This document shows, piece by piece, positions 46,482 to 56,755 of a stretch of DNA of 64,000 nt. A program made the position numbers and the translations under genes. The notes below the pieces were generated by a model, which saw nothing but the letters and a program-made list of their open reading frames with translations, was not told where the DNA came from and searched no databases. Each line of letters starts with the position of its first letter. Positions within the stretch are counted from its first letter, which is position 1. This DNA comes from a virus. The stretch lies in IMG/VR virus record IMGVR_UViG_3300020456_000005; one strand, written 5' to 3'.

Positions 46482-46695
46482 ATGGTTTGAAACACCCTAT
46501 GGAACTTTCCGTGTTGAGGAAAAACGATTTGGAACGTGGACTAGCTATAGTAAGGAAGGTGAGGGACTCGTCACCGCACTTACGAGGGAAGTTTGTATTT
46601 CAGGAACGAAATTCCACTTGGAAGGTGTCGCAACCAACTGGGCAAATGCTAGATCGTCTAAACCTTTTGACGGAACAGTGGGAGGAAAGCTATGA
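46450..46695 (+). CDS. Hypothetical protein
   Basis: Ends in GTVGGKL; ATGA-coupled to g47. Confidence 0.7.
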   Translation: MNEHPEIAEHEWFETPYGTFRVEEKRFGTWTSYSKEGEGLVTALTREVCISGTKFHLEGVATNWANARSSKPFDGTVGGKL

Positions 46696-47732
46696 AGATA
46701 GCACTAATAACTGATCAACATTTAGATGGAAGAAAAGGCAACATCAATTTCTGGAACTATTTTCAAAAGTTTTATGACAACATCTTTTTTCCTACACTTG
46801 AGAAAGAAGGTATCAGCACCATCATTGATTTGGGTGACACTTTTGATAACAGAAAGTCTATGGACTTTAATACTTTTAATCGTATTACTGAAAATTATTT
46901 CAAGAGATTAGAAGACTATAAGGTTCATATGATTCTGGGTAATCATTGTACGTATTATAAAAATACTAACAAGATCAACTCTCCAGAACTACTACTAGAG
47001 CAGTACAAGAACATCAATATCTATGCTTCACCTGAAGAGATTACTCTTGGTAGCAAAAAGTTTTTGTTGATGCCATGGATTAATAAAGAGAATAAAGAAG
47101 AGTGTTTGGAATTGATTGCTAACAGTCAAGCAGACATTATGTGTGGTCACCTTGAGTGTGATGGTTTTGAAGTTACGCCAGGCATGAAGTTTGAAGGGGG
47201 ATTCAAAGTCTCTGACTTTAAGAACTTTAAACGTGTGTGGTCTGGACACTTCCATCACAAATCAAAACATGGTAATGTTCAATACCTAGGCAACCCTTAT
47301 CAGATGTTCTGGAATGATTATAAGGACACTCGCGGATTCCATATCTACGATACTGAAAGTGACAAGCTTAAGTATATCAAGAACCCGTATGAAATCTTTG
47401 AGAAAATCTTCTATGACGACGCCAGTGTGGACTACAACAAACAAGATGTGTCTAATTATAAAGACAAGTTCATCAAACTTATCGTTGAAGAAAAACGAGA
47501 CTACCAAATGTTTGAAACATTGGTTGATCGTCTTTACAACGTAGGTGTTCATGATGTTAAAATTGTAGAAACATTAGTTGACACAGAGGATCTAGATGAT
47601 GTAGAATTAAACATAAAGGATACTCTAACTTTGTTGAGTGAATATATTGATGAGATTGATCTTGCGGTAGATAAAACCGATCTCAAGAAACTAATGCAAT
47701 CTCTCTACATAGAGTCATGCGAAGCAGTTTAA
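46692..47732 (+). CDS. g47: Recombination endonuclease subunit gp47 (Mre11-like)
   Basis: ITDQH, LGDTFD, ILGNH, SGHFH. Confidence 0.95.
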   Translation: MKIALITDQHLDGRKGNINFWNYFQKFYDNIFFPTLEKEGISTIIDLGDTFDNRKSMDFNTFNRITENYFKRLEDYKVHMILGNHCTYYKNTNKINSPELLLEQYKNINIYASPEEITLGSKKFLLMPWINKENKEECLELIANSQADIMCGHLECDGFEVTPGMKFEGGFKVSDFKNFKRVWSGHFHHKSKHGNVQYLGNPYQMFWNDYKDTRGFHIYDTESDKLKYIKNPYEIFEKIFYDDASVDYNKQDVSNYKDKFIKLIVEEKRDYQMFETLVDRLYNVGVHDVKIVETLVDTEDLDDVELNIKDTLTLLSEYIDEIDLAVDKTDLKKLMQSLYIESCEAV

Positions 47733-47735
47733 TGA

Positions 47736-47999
47736 ATGTTGTACATCATCACTTTACAAGATCAACCGTCTGGTATATACTCTGTTTTTACCGATGATGG
47801 CAGTCGTATCATACCTTTGTTTGAGCAGCAAGACGATGCTATGAGGTATCTTCTTCAGTTAGAGGAGGTTGATGATACTCCAGATCTTGAAGTTGTGGAA
47901 GCTGAGAATGATCTCATTATTGCTGCATGTAGAACTCAAGGACAAAGATTTTCTATCATTACATCTGACGATTTTATAGTACCACCATCTGACCGATAA
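47736..47999 (+). CDS. DUF3110-like protein
   Basis: GIYSV...LFEQQDDAMRY...C...IVPP pattern. Confidence 0.6.
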   Translation: MLYIITLQDQPSGIYSVFTDDGSRIIPLFEQQDDAMRYLLQLEEVDDTPDLEVVEAENDLIIAACRTQGQRFSIITSDDFIVPPSDR

Positions 48000-49744
48000 T
48001 GATTATTTTTGAAAAAATTCGTTGGAAAAATTTCCTCTCTACTGGAAATGTTTTTAACGAAATTGATATTGAAGCGGGTAGAACAAATTTAATTGTAGGA
48101 TCAAATGGATCTGGTAAGAGCACCATTCTAGATGCTCTTACTTTTTCTTTGTTTGGAAAACCTTTCCGTAAAATTAATAAAAGTATGTTGGTCAATAGTA
48201 TCAATGAGAAAGATACTATTGTTGAAATTGAGTTTCGTATCGGTAAGCAACAGTATAAAGTTGTTCGTGGTATTAAACCAAATAAACTTGAGATCTATGC
48301 TAATGGTAAACTTTGGAATCAGGAAAGTAGTTTAGCAGAACAACAAAAGAATTTTGAGGCGAGTGTTCTAAAGATGAACTACAAGTCATTCACACAAATT
48401 GTGGTACTTGGTTCTTCTACATTCGTTCCATTTATGCGTCTTCCGACTACACAACGTCGCGATATTATTGAAGACATTTTAGACATTCAAGTATTCTCTA
48501 CAATGAATGTTCTTCTAAAAGATAAGAACAGAGAAAACTTAGATGAGATACGTGATATTGAATATCAACTTGATCTTATCAGAGATAAAATTGAGATTCA
48601 AAAGCAACACATGTTGACTTTAGAGAAACGTACTCAAGAAGAAATTGACAGGAAAGAAGAAAAGATTTTTGCATATAAGAAAACTGAACTTCAGGGTGCA
48701 GAAGATGTGGCACTCCTGACAGAGCAAATCGGAAATCTTAATAAAGAAATGCAGGACTATCAAAGTTCTAATGAAAAACTCAAGAAGTTGAACACGTTCT
48801 TGATCAAGGTGACACATAAACTAAACACATGCAAGAAAGAGCATGAGTTTTTTGAAAATAATCATGTGTGTCCAACATGCACACAAGAACTATCAGAAGA
48901 GTTTCGTAGTGAAAAACTAGAAGCGGGTCAGTCAAAGGTTGACGAGATGACCATGGGTTATGAAGATTTAAATAATGCGATTCTAGAAGAAGAGAATAGA
49001 TTTTCTAAGTTTACTGAGTTATCTACTGAAGTCAACAATATCAATACTACTATCTCTCAAACTAATTTTCAGTTGATGACAATTCGTAAGCAAGTAGAGA
49101 CACTTCAGGATGAAATCAAAGAACTGCAAGGTGATAATGTTGACAAGAAAGCGGAGTTTGATAAACTACAAACACTTGTAAACGAAAAGAAAGATCTTGG
49201 TAAGCAGCATGCTATTCTCAAAAAAGATCGTGACGTTTTAACAACAGCAAGTCAACTCCTTAAAGATAATGGTATTAAGTCTAGAATTATCAAGACTTAT
49301 CTTCCTACCATGAATAAGTTAATTAACGATTTCTTGCAAAGGATGGAGTTCTATGTCAATTTCACCCTAGATGAGAACTTTGAGGAGATAATTAAATCTA
49401 GATACCGTGATGTATTTTCCTATGAGTCTTTTAGTGAAGGAGAGAAAGCTCGTATTGATATATCTCTTTTGCTTACTTGGCGTTCTATCGCTAAGCTTAA
49501 GAATTCTGTGGATACTAACTTACTCATCTTAGATGAAATATTTGATGGATCGCTTGACCAATCGGGCACATCTGATCTAGGATGGATCCTTCGCAACTTT
49601 GATGATAGTACCAAAGTGTTTGTAATCAGTCACAAGCAGGGATTAGACGATAAGTTTGACAGAACAATTACGGTTGACAAAACAAAAAATTTCTCGGTGC
49701 TAACTGAGACAGTTAACGAAGTGACACATGGACTGGTCGGTTGA
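47999..49744 (+). CDS. g46: Recombination endonuclease subunit gp46 (Rad50-like)
   Basis: KNFLSTGN, GSNGSGKST, CPTC hook, FSEGEK, LILDE, VISH. Confidence 0.96.
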   Translation: MIIFEKIRWKNFLSTGNVFNEIDIEAGRTNLIVGSNGSGKSTILDALTFSLFGKPFRKINKSMLVNSINEKDTIVEIEFRIGKQQYKVVRGIKPNKLEIYANGKLWNQESSLAEQQKNFEASVLKMNYKSFTQIVVLGSSTFVPFMRLPTTQRRDIIEDILDIQVFSTMNVLLKDKNRENLDEIRDIEYQLDLIRDKIEIQKQHMLTLEKRTQEEIDRKEEKIFAYKKTELQGAEDVALLTEQIGNLNKEMQDYQSSNEKLKKLNTFLIKVTHKLNTCKKEHEFFENNHVCPTCTQELSEEFRSEKLEAGQSKVDEMTMGYEDLNNAILEEENRFSKFTELSTEVNNINTTISQTNFQLMTIRKQVETLQDEIKELQGDNVDKKAEFDKLQTLVNEKKDLGKQHAILKKDRDVLTTASQLLKDNGIKSRIIKTYLPTMNKLINDFLQRMEFYVNFTLDENFEEIIKSRYRDVFSYESFSEGEKARIDISLLLTWRSIAKLKNSVDTNLLILDEIFDGSLDQSGTSDLGWILRNFDDSTKVFVISHKQGLDDKFDRTITVDKTKNFSVLTETVNEVTHGLVG

Positions 49745-49763
49745 CCAGTTTCTTTGTTATGCT
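49708..49763 (+). promoter_or_regulatory. Composite early-promoter motif, copy 1
   Basis: GACAGTT-N4-AAGTGACACA, 29-nt spacer with hairpin ACTGGTC-GGTT-GACCAGT, then TATGCT. Confidence 0.65.
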
Positions 49764-49786
49764 GTATACATCAGCAACAGAGACAC

Positions 49787-51907
49787 ATGCAAACCCAACA
49801 AATCAAAGGAAACCTCGCAAGACTTCTTGCTACTGAGAACCTAGTTGTAGAACATCGCAAGGTTCCTACTGCTTCCTTTGATGTGGACCGTCGTGTCTTG
49901 ACCCTGCCAATGTGGGACAAAGCATCTGGTATTGTATACGACATGCTTGTGGGTCATGAAGTTGGTCATGCTTTGTTTACTCCTAATGAAGACTGGAGAG
50001 ATACTGTAGATTGTCCTAAAGATTTTATCAACGTTATTGAAGATGCTCGTATTGAGAAACTTATGAAGCGTAAGTTTCCTGGTCTTCGTAAATCTTTTGC
50101 TGGTGGATATAAAGAATTGAATGATAAAGATTTCTTCAGTATTATTGGAGAAGATCTTAATAACTTTAGTTTGATTGATCGCATCAACCTTCACTTCAAA
50201 ATTGGTGCTAGTGCAATGATTCCTTTTGGAGCATCTGAACTAGTATTTGTTGAGCGTACTGAGAATGCAGAAACCTTTGAAGAGGTATTGCAGATTGCTG
50301 CTGATGTTTTTGAGTTTAGTCAAACTGAAAAAGTAGCAGAAGTTTCTGCAGCACCAAATGCTGAGCAAGGAGATACTGAAAGTGAAGAGACCACTGAGTC
50401 TACTCAAGAATCTGATGAAGATCAACCTCAGGTAGTACCTCAGTCTGGATCAAACATTCCTTCTGGTATGGATGAAGAAGAGGAAGATGATTGGGATGAT
50501 GAAGAAGAGGAAGAAGATGCTGGTGATAATGGAGGAACAACTTCTCAAACTCAACGTGCATTTGATGATTCTGCAGAGAATCTTTCTTCTCGTCAAACTG
50601 GTAAAAATCCTATCTATGTTGAGATTCCAGAGTCTGTTGATCTTGAAAAGCATGTTGTAGATTGGACTGAAGTTCATGACTGGATTGATAGTCAAGCATC
50701 ATCTAATCCAGAAGTTTATGAGTATGTTGATGCAAGGTATTATGAGTTCCGTAAAAGTTCTCAAAAAGAAGTTAACTACCTTGTAAAAGAGTTTGAGTGT
50801 AAGAAATCTGCTGATGCTTATGCTCGTGCAGGTCAATCAAAAACTGGTGTTCTTGACACTGCTAAATTGCATACCTATAAGTACAACGAAGATCTATTTA
50901 AAAAAGTAACTGTAGTTCCTGATGGTAAAAATCATGGTTTGATTTTTCTTCTGGATTGGTCTGGTTCTATGGCAAATGAATTGCTTGCCACAGTAAAACA
51001 ACTTTTGAATCTTACTGCTTTCTGTAAGAAAGTTCAGATTCCTTTTGAAGTATATGCTTTTACTAATGATTGGTTCGTTGTTAATCGCATTAAAGAAGGT
51101 AATAATGATACATATCATGACCATGACTATTCTGATGTTAAAAAGAACATGGTTTATATCAATGGCGAATGGTTCCATTTGATGAATATGGTTTCATCTC
51201 GTTCTAATTCTCGTAATTATGAGCGTATGTCTAAGAACTTGTTCCGTGAAGCATCTGCATACAGAGGTGGTGGATACCATCCTACCCATGGTCTTAGTTT
51301 GTCTGGGACACCTTTGAATGAAGCAGTTATTATGTTGAACTATATTATTCCCCAGTTCAAACAAGAGAATGATCTTCAGAAAGTTAATGTTTGCATTCTT
51401 TCTGATGGTGAAGGTAGTTGCGCTGCTTATGGTCATGAAATTTATCTTGATCATAAGGATGAGTATTCAGTTCGTCCACGTCGTCTTGATTATTATCAAA
51501 TCCTTCGTGACCGTAAAACTGGTCGTACCTACGAACAGTTTGAATATGATAATGTAACTAACATTTTCATTAAGCAAGTTCGTGATAGAAATCCTGATGT
51601 AAATGTTCTTGGGTTCCGTGTTCTTCCAGGTTCTGCACTTCAAAATTTTGTTGGACGTTATGCAACTTATGAAGGATATAGTGAGATTCAAAAACAGTGG
51701 AAAAAAGAGAAGTCTGCTGTAATTAAAAACCCTAAAGCATTCACTGCTTTATATGCTATCTCTAACAATGCATTGAATGAAACTGCTGAGTTCAATGTTG
51801 AGTCTGGTGCTAAGAAGGGAGATATCTCCCGCGCATTCAAGAAAATGTTGGGCAATAAGTCCACCAACAAAAAACTCCTTAGTTCTTTTGTTGAGTATGT
51901 CAGTTGA
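49787..51907 (+). CDS. HExxH metallopeptidase-like plus VWA-domain protein (CobT-like partner of the AAA+ ATPase)
   Basis: HEVGH, NVIEDARIE, acidic linker, LLDWSGSM (MIDAS), GTPL, LSDGE. Confidence 0.8.
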   Translation: MQTQQIKGNLARLLATENLVVEHRKVPTASFDVDRRVLTLPMWDKASGIVYDMLVGHEVGHALFTPNEDWRDTVDCPKDFINVIEDARIEKLMKRKFPGLRKSFAGGYKELNDKDFFSIIGEDLNNFSLIDRINLHFKIGASAMIPFGASELVFVERTENAETFEEVLQIAADVFEFSQTEKVAEVSAAPNAEQGDTESEETTESTQESDEDQPQVVPQSGSNIPSGMDEEEEDDWDDEEEEEDAGDNGGTTSQTQRAFDDSAENLSSRQTGKNPIYVEIPESVDLEKHVVDWTEVHDWIDSQASSNPEVYEYVDARYYEFRKSSQKEVNYLVKEFECKKSADAYARAGQSKTGVLDTAKLHTYKYNEDLFKKVTVVPDGKNHGLIFLLDWSGSMANELLATVKQLLNLTAFCKKVQIPFEVYAFTNDWFVVNRIKEGNNDTYHDHDYSDVKKNMVYINGEWFHLMNMVSSRSNSRNYERMSKNLFREASAYRGGGYHPTHGLSLSGTPLNEAVIMLNYIIPQFKQENDLQKVNVCILSDGEGSCAAYGHEIYLDHKDEYSVRPRRLDYYQILRDRKTGRTYEQFEYDNVTNIFIKQVRDRNPDVNVLGFRVLPGSALQNFVGRYATYEGYSEIQKQWKKEKSAVIKNPKAFTALYAISNNALNETAEFNVESGAKKGDISRAFKKMLGNKSTNKKLLSSFVEYVS

Positions 51908-51954
51908 CAAACTGGTCCAAGGTGGTCCCAAACGACCACCTTTCACCTTATACT
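51899..51954 (+). promoter_or_regulatory. Composite early-promoter motif, copy 2
   Basis: GTCAGTT-N4-AACTGGTCCA, 29-nt spacer with hairpin AGGTGGTC-CCAAAC-GACCACCT, then TATACT. Confidence 0.65.
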
Positions 51955-51978
51955 ATATTCATACAACACACACATCAC

Positions 51979-53073
51979 ATGCCTTTCGCTCCCGTTCCTG
52001 TTTCAACTGAAGATCTTGTTTCTTATCTTACCGACAAATGCGGTACAGAAGTTAATACGAAGCAATTGTTTGAAGCATCTGAGCACTACAACTGCTCTCT
52101 CGCTACTGTTAAAAAGCGTCTTAAATCTTATAAGCAAGGAATTGGTAAGTGGAATCTGACTGTTCAAGAAAAACTTGAGCAAACCTACCAAGCACCTTCT
52201 GCTGCTCCTGCTGTTGAGCAAAATTTGATTCCTTCTAAGGATGATAACTATGTTCCTTTCGGCAACTTTGCTGATGTCAAGAAAATTATCCAGTCTGGTG
52301 TTTTCTATCCTACTTTCATTACTGGATTGTCAGGAAATGGTAAGACCTTCTCTGTTGAGCAAGCATGCGCGACTCTAAATAGGGAATTGATTCGTGTAAA
52401 CATTACCATTGAAACCGACGAGGATGATCTTATTGGTGGGTTTCGTCTTGTTGATGGCAACACTGTTTGGCATAACGGACCCGTCGTGGAAGCTCTTGAG
52501 AGGGGAGCTGTGCTGCTTCTAGATGAAGTGGATCTCGCCTCTAACAAAATCTTGTGTCTTCAATCTATTCTTGAAGGCAAAGGTATCTTCTTGAAGAAGA
52601 CTGGTCGTTATGTTCACCCTGCTAAAGGATTCAATGTTATTGCAACTGCAAATACTAAAGGTAAGGGGTCTGATGATGGAAGGTTTATTGGTACAAATGT
52701 TCTTAATGAAGCTTTCCTTGAGCGTTTCGCATTGACATTTGAGCAAGAGTATCCTACTCCTGCTACTGAAACTAAAATTCTTCTTCGTGTTGCTGCAGCA
52801 CTTGGTAAGCATGATGAAGAGTTCTGCACTAACCTTGCTAACTGGGCAGACATCATCCGCAAAACTTTCAAAGATGGTGGTATTGATGAAGTGATTTCCA
52901 CTCGTCGTCTTGTTCATATCATGAGAGCATATGCTATCTGGAACAACCGTATGAAAGCAATTAAAGTTTGTGTAAATCGTTTTGATGAAGAGACCAAGCA
53001 ATCTTTCATTGAATTGTATGATAAGATTGATGCAGGAGTTCAAGTTAACGAGGAGGAAACTGAAGATGCCTAA
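51979..53073 (+). CDS. cobS: CobS-like MoxR-family AAA+ ATPase
   Basis: GLSGNGKT, LLLDEVD, ATANTKG, NEAFLERF, ISTRRL. Confidence 0.88.
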   Translation: MPFAPVPVSTEDLVSYLTDKCGTEVNTKQLFEASEHYNCSLATVKKRLKSYKQGIGKWNLTVQEKLEQTYQAPSAAPAVEQNLIPSKDDNYVPFGNFADVKKIIQSGVFYPTFITGLSGNGKTFSVEQACATLNRELIRVNITIETDEDDLIGGFRLVDGNTVWHNGPVVEALERGAVLLLDEVDLASNKILCLQSILEGKGIFLKKTGRYVHPAKGFNVIATANTKGKGSDDGRFIGTNVLNEAFLERFALTFEQEYPTPATETKILLRVAAALGKHDEEFCTNLANWADIIRKTFKDGGIDEVISTRRLVHIMRAYAIWNNRMKAIKVCVNRFDEETKQSFIELYDKIDAGVQVNEEETEDA

Positions 53074-53233
53074 AGTAGGAGATTGCACCTTTATCGGTAG
53101 TATCATCCACATTAGTGGAATGGGATCTGCAAGAGTTACAAAGGTAGTTGATGACATTATTACAGTCATCAACCTTGACGGCGAAAGTCAAGAGTGCTAT
53201 TATGAAGATATTGAATACGTATGCATGCCGTGA
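53066..53233 (+). CDS. Hypothetical protein
   Basis: GGAGG SD; overlaps its neighbours. Confidence 0.55.
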   Translation: MPKVGDCTFIGSIIHISGMGSARVTKVVDDIITVINLDGESQECYYEDIEYVCMP

Positions 53234-53517
53234 CTTACAAATATAATGAAGAAGAGCTCCTCACGGAGCTCCGTGATTACATCACTGGAACTTACAAACA
53301 ACACTACTCTGCTGGAAATGATCAAATTCAAACGTTAGATTTGATTGAAGCATGTGGTGATGCTGAGGCATTTTGCCGAAGTAACATCCTAAAGTATGCT
53401 TCCCGATACGATAAAAAGGGAACTGCCCGACGTGATATCATTAAGATTCTACACTACGGCATTCTTCTTCTCCACTTCTCTGATAAAACTAACGTTACTG
53501 AAACCTACAATCAATGA
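53221..53517 (+). CDS. DUF3310-like protein
   Basis: HY...IQT.DLI...FC..NILKY.SRY.KKG...DI.K..HY. Confidence 0.7.
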   Translation: MHAVTYKYNEEELLTELRDYITGTYKQHYSAGNDQIQTLDLIEACGDAEAFCRSNILKYASRYDKKGTARRDIIKILHYGILLLHFSDKTNVTETYNQ

Positions 53518-54185
53518 GCAAAGTTACACTTTCAAAAAACACGCTAGATGTCCTCAAAAATTTCTCAACGATTAACTCATCAATCGTATTCCGCAAAGGA
53601 TCTACAGTTAGGACTATCTCCAATGCAGAAAACATTCTGGCAAAATTCACTGGCGAAGAAGTATTTCCTGTGGACTTCGCGATTTATGATCTCAGTCAGT
53701 TTCTTTCTGGGATCTCTCTGTTTAACGATCCTCAGTTGGAATTCACATCTGGCGATTTTGTCAGCATCCGTGGCGGTCGTCAGTCTGCTAAGTATTATTT
53801 TTCTGATCCAGAAATTACACTCAAGAGTGCTCCAGAAAAAAATGTAAAATTTCCTGGTGCAGACATTCAATTCAATCTAACTGAATCTGATTTGATTGCA
53901 TTGCAAAAAGCGTCTGCTGTGTATAGTCTTCCTGACTTGACCTTCCAATCTGAGGAAGAATCTGATACCATTAAAATTATCCTTAGGGACAAAGAAAATG
54001 ATACCAGTAATACTTACGATATCACCGTGGCGGGTTGTTCTACTGGCACCTATTCTCTTGATCTTAAGATTGAAAACATTCGTGTCCTACCTGGTGACTA
54101 TACTGTTAAAGTATCTCAGCATCTAATTTCTGAGTGGACCAATACTAACACTGACCTTACTTATTACATTGCCCTTGAACCTTGA
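53514..54185 (+). CDS. g45: DNA polymerase sliding clamp gp45
   Basis: LKNFSTINSSI, FAIYDLSQFL, YYIALE. Confidence 0.95.
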   Translation: MSKVTLSKNTLDVLKNFSTINSSIVFRKGSTVRTISNAENILAKFTGEEVFPVDFAIYDLSQFLSGISLFNDPQLEFTSGDFVSIRGGRQSAKYYFSDPEITLKSAPEKNVKFPGADIQFNLTESDLIALQKASAVYSLPDLTFQSEEESDTIKIILRDKENDTSNTYDITVAGCSTGTYSLDLKIENIRVLPGDYTVKVSQHLISEWTNTNTDLTYYIALEP

Positions 54186-54697
54186 ATATATTCGTTACCG
54201 ACCTCAGTCCAATAAAGTCTGCTCAGGTATTACCTGACAAACATATTGTCAAGATGCCTTTAGAAACATGTCAAATGTTATCTATTGTGGCATCTGAAAA
54301 ATGGGGTCGTGGTTTTGGCGAATTACCTAAACTTGATGGTACACCATACAAAACAGATAAGGGTGCTTTTCGTAATCACCCATGTACTATCTGGGCACAA
54401 CATCGTTGGTCATGGTTGATACGTCATGGTCTAGCATTATGTGAAGAGTACACATACAGGTATGGTAAAATACACAGTTGTGAGAAAACTATTCTCCATG
54501 CTGAGAAGATTTTTCCATTTCAATATCTCGGATCTGTGGCAGACGAGACTTGGGAATTTGCTAGAGCAATGCCTGATCAATGGAAGTATGATAAAACCAT
54601 TGATGATATTACAGCATACAAAAGATACATTGCGTCTAAACCTTGGGTGAAAGATAATTACCTTCGCAAACCAGAACGCAAACCTGATTGGATTTAA
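54182..54697 (+). CDS. Pyrimidine-dimer DNA glycosylase family protein (DenV-like)
   Basis: MNIF...DKHIVKM.LE..QMLS, HPCT.W, L..EY..RYGK.H, AMP...AY.RY. Confidence 0.75.
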   Translation: MNIFVTDLSPIKSAQVLPDKHIVKMPLETCQMLSIVASEKWGRGFGELPKLDGTPYKTDKGAFRNHPCTIWAQHRWSWLIRHGLALCEEYTYRYGKIHSCEKTILHAEKIFPFQYLGSVADETWEFARAMPDQWKYDKTIDDITAYKRYIASKPWVKDNYLRKPERKPDWI

Positions 54698-54699
54698 TT

Positions 54700-55644
54700 A
54701 TGAGTAAAGAGTTTTTGTGGGTGGAGAAATACCGCCCCAATAAAGTTGATGATTGTATTCTTCCTGACACTATTAAAGAAGTGTTTAAGGGATTTGTTAA
54801 TCAGGGAGAATTGCCTAACCTTTTGTTGAGTGGTACTGCAGGTGTTGGTAAGACCACCATCGCTAAGGCACTGTGTGAGGAGATTGGTGCCTCTTACATC
54901 GTGATCAACGGATCGGATGAAGGACGCTTCCTAGACACCGTGAGGAACCGTGTGAGGCAATTTGCCACTACGGTATCCCTGACTTCTGGAGCGTCCCACA
55001 AGGTCGTTATCATTGATGAGGCAGACAACACCACTAATGACGTGCAACTGTCCTTGAGGACTGCTGTGGAGGAGTTTCATGGTAACTGTAGATTTATTTT
55101 TACCTGCAACTTCATTAACAAGATCATTGAACCATTGCACTCACGTTGCACAGTTGTTGATTTTAGGATTAAAAATGATCAAGCAGTAAAACTTCAAGGT
55201 GAGTTTTTTACACGTCTTAAAACTATTCTAACAAATGAGAATGTAGAGTATGAAGACAAAGTTCTCGCTAAACTTACGAAACGGTACTATCCTGACTGGC
55301 GTCGTCTTATTAATGAGTGTCAGCGTTATGCTGCCACTGGAAGTATTAATTCTGCTATTCTTGTTGACGTTGCCGATGTTAACTTGGATAGTCTCCTTAG
55401 TGCTTTAAAGAAGAAGGAGTTTACTACAGTTAAGAATTGGGTTGTCCAACATATGGACAATGATCCTACTATGGTAATGCGTAAGATTTATGATAGTCTG
55501 TACAACGTATTGAAACCTGCTTCTATTCCTGAGGCAGTTCTTATCATTGCCAAATATATGAACAGCATTCCTATTGTTCCTGATCAAGAAATTAATTTAC
55601 TAGCATGTTTAACAGAAGTTATGATGAGTTGCGAATTCCGTTGA
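54700..55644 (+). CDS. g44: Clamp loader large subunit gp44
   Basis: WVEKYRP, GVGKTT, IIDEAD, PLHSRC. Confidence 0.96.
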   Translation: MSKEFLWVEKYRPNKVDDCILPDTIKEVFKGFVNQGELPNLLLSGTAGVGKTTIAKALCEEIGASYIVINGSDEGRFLDTVRNRVRQFATTVSLTSGASHKVVIIDEADNTTNDVQLSLRTAVEEFHGNCRFIFTCNFINKIIEPLHSRCTVVDFRIKNDQAVKLQGEFFTRLKTILTNENVEYEDKVLAKLTKRYYPDWRRLINECQRYAATGSINSAILVDVADVNLDSLLSALKKKEFTTVKNWVVQHMDNDPTMVMRKIYDSLYNVLKPASIPEAVLIIAKYMNSIPIVPDQEINLLACLTEVMMSCEFR

Positions 55645-55904
55645 ATAAAAAGACAACTCCTGAAAATGTAAAAGAAGCTCATGAAGGACTTTTTTATGCT
55701 ACAATGAATCTACCTACCGCAGCAAAACATTGCGGTATGACCCAGAAGGAGTTGAAAATGACATTCTTTGAATACCTTAAGTACAATGCCCCAAACTTTG
55801 AAATCACTGAAGACACCCCTGAGGTACCCAGGCGGCAAGAGCAGGGCTCTGGCAAACCTGTTCCGATTCCTCCCAGACCTTTCCCAGGTAACAGAGTATC
55901 GTGA
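55641..55904 (+). CDS. Hypothetical protein
   Basis: TTG overlapping the g44 stop; MNLPTAAKHCGMT motif; 3' end overlaps dam. Confidence 0.55.
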   Translation: MNKKTTPENVKEAHEGLFYATMNLPTAAKHCGMTQKELKMTFFEYLKYNAPNFEITEDTPEVPRRQEQGSGKPVPIPPRPFPGNRVS

Positions 55905-56625
55905 ACCTTTCTTGGGCGGCGGTAGTGTCGCCCTTGAGGTTACTAAAAGATATCCTAGACTGAATATTTGGGTCAACGATTTGTATGAACCGTTGACTAA
56001 TTTTTGGAAGACTTTGCAGGACGATGGGTACAACATGTACAAACGTCTTCAAGAACTAAAGTCTAGGTATCCAGATCAAGAATCTGCACGTGGATTGTTT
56101 GAAGAAGCAAAAGATCTTGTAAATGATTCTGACACTTCTCATCTATATCGTGCTTGTGCTTTCTATGTTATTAACAAGTGTAGTTTCTCTGGTTTAACTG
56201 AGTCTTCATCATTCTCTAAGCAAGCATCTGAATCTAATTTTTCAATGCGTGGAATTGAAAGATTGCCAGCATATACAGAACTAATTGAAAATTGGAAGAT
56301 TACTAATGGTCGCTACCAAGAACTCCTTACTGATGACAAAAACATATTCACCTACCTTGATCCACCCTATGAAATCGGATCCAATTTATATGGTAAGCGT
56401 GGAAGTATGCACAAAGGATTTGACCATGATGGGTTTGCTACTATTTGTGACCGTTTTGTCGGTCCTCAACTTATATCTTACAATTCGTCTCAGATGATTC
56501 GTGACCGTTTTAAGGAGTGGACAGTTGCGGAATTTGCACACACTTACACCATGCGCTCTGTGGGGAGTTATAATATAGATCAAGCGTCTCGTAAGGAACT
56601 AGTCCTTTTTAATTATGAAATGTGA
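55786..56625 (+). CDS. dam: DNA adenine methyltransferase (Dam/D12 class)
   Basis: LRYPGGKS, EPFLGGGSV, VND, YLDPPY. Confidence 0.92.
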   Translation: MPQTLKSLKTPLRYPGGKSRALANLFRFLPDLSQVTEYREPFLGGGSVALEVTKRYPRLNIWVNDLYEPLTNFWKTLQDDGYNMYKRLQELKSRYPDQESARGLFEEAKDLVNDSDTSHLYRACAFYVINKCSFSGLTESSSFSKQASESNFSMRGIERLPAYTELIENWKITNGRYQELLTDDKNIFTYLDPPYEIGSNLYGKRGSMHKGFDHDGFATICDRFVGPQLISYNSSQMIRDRFKEWTVAEFAHTYTMRSVGSYNIDQASRKELVLFNYEM

Positions 56626-56755
56626 AGTCACCCTCTACGTAGCAGGAACCGTTTTTAAGGAGCAGGTTCATGCTCGTGATTATCAAGAAGCACGTCAAGT
56701 TGCTCTTGCTCGCAACCCCAATGCGAAAATTGTTGGAGTCACTGCTAAATTCTAA
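56615..56755 (+). CDS. Hypothetical 46-aa protein (MKCEVTLYVAGTVFKEQVHARDYQEAR...), not in ORF track
   Basis: Overlaps the dam end; TAATG-coupled to the next ORF. Confidence 0.65.
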   Translation: MKCEVTLYVAGTVFKEQVHARDYQEARQVALARNPNAKIVGVTAKF

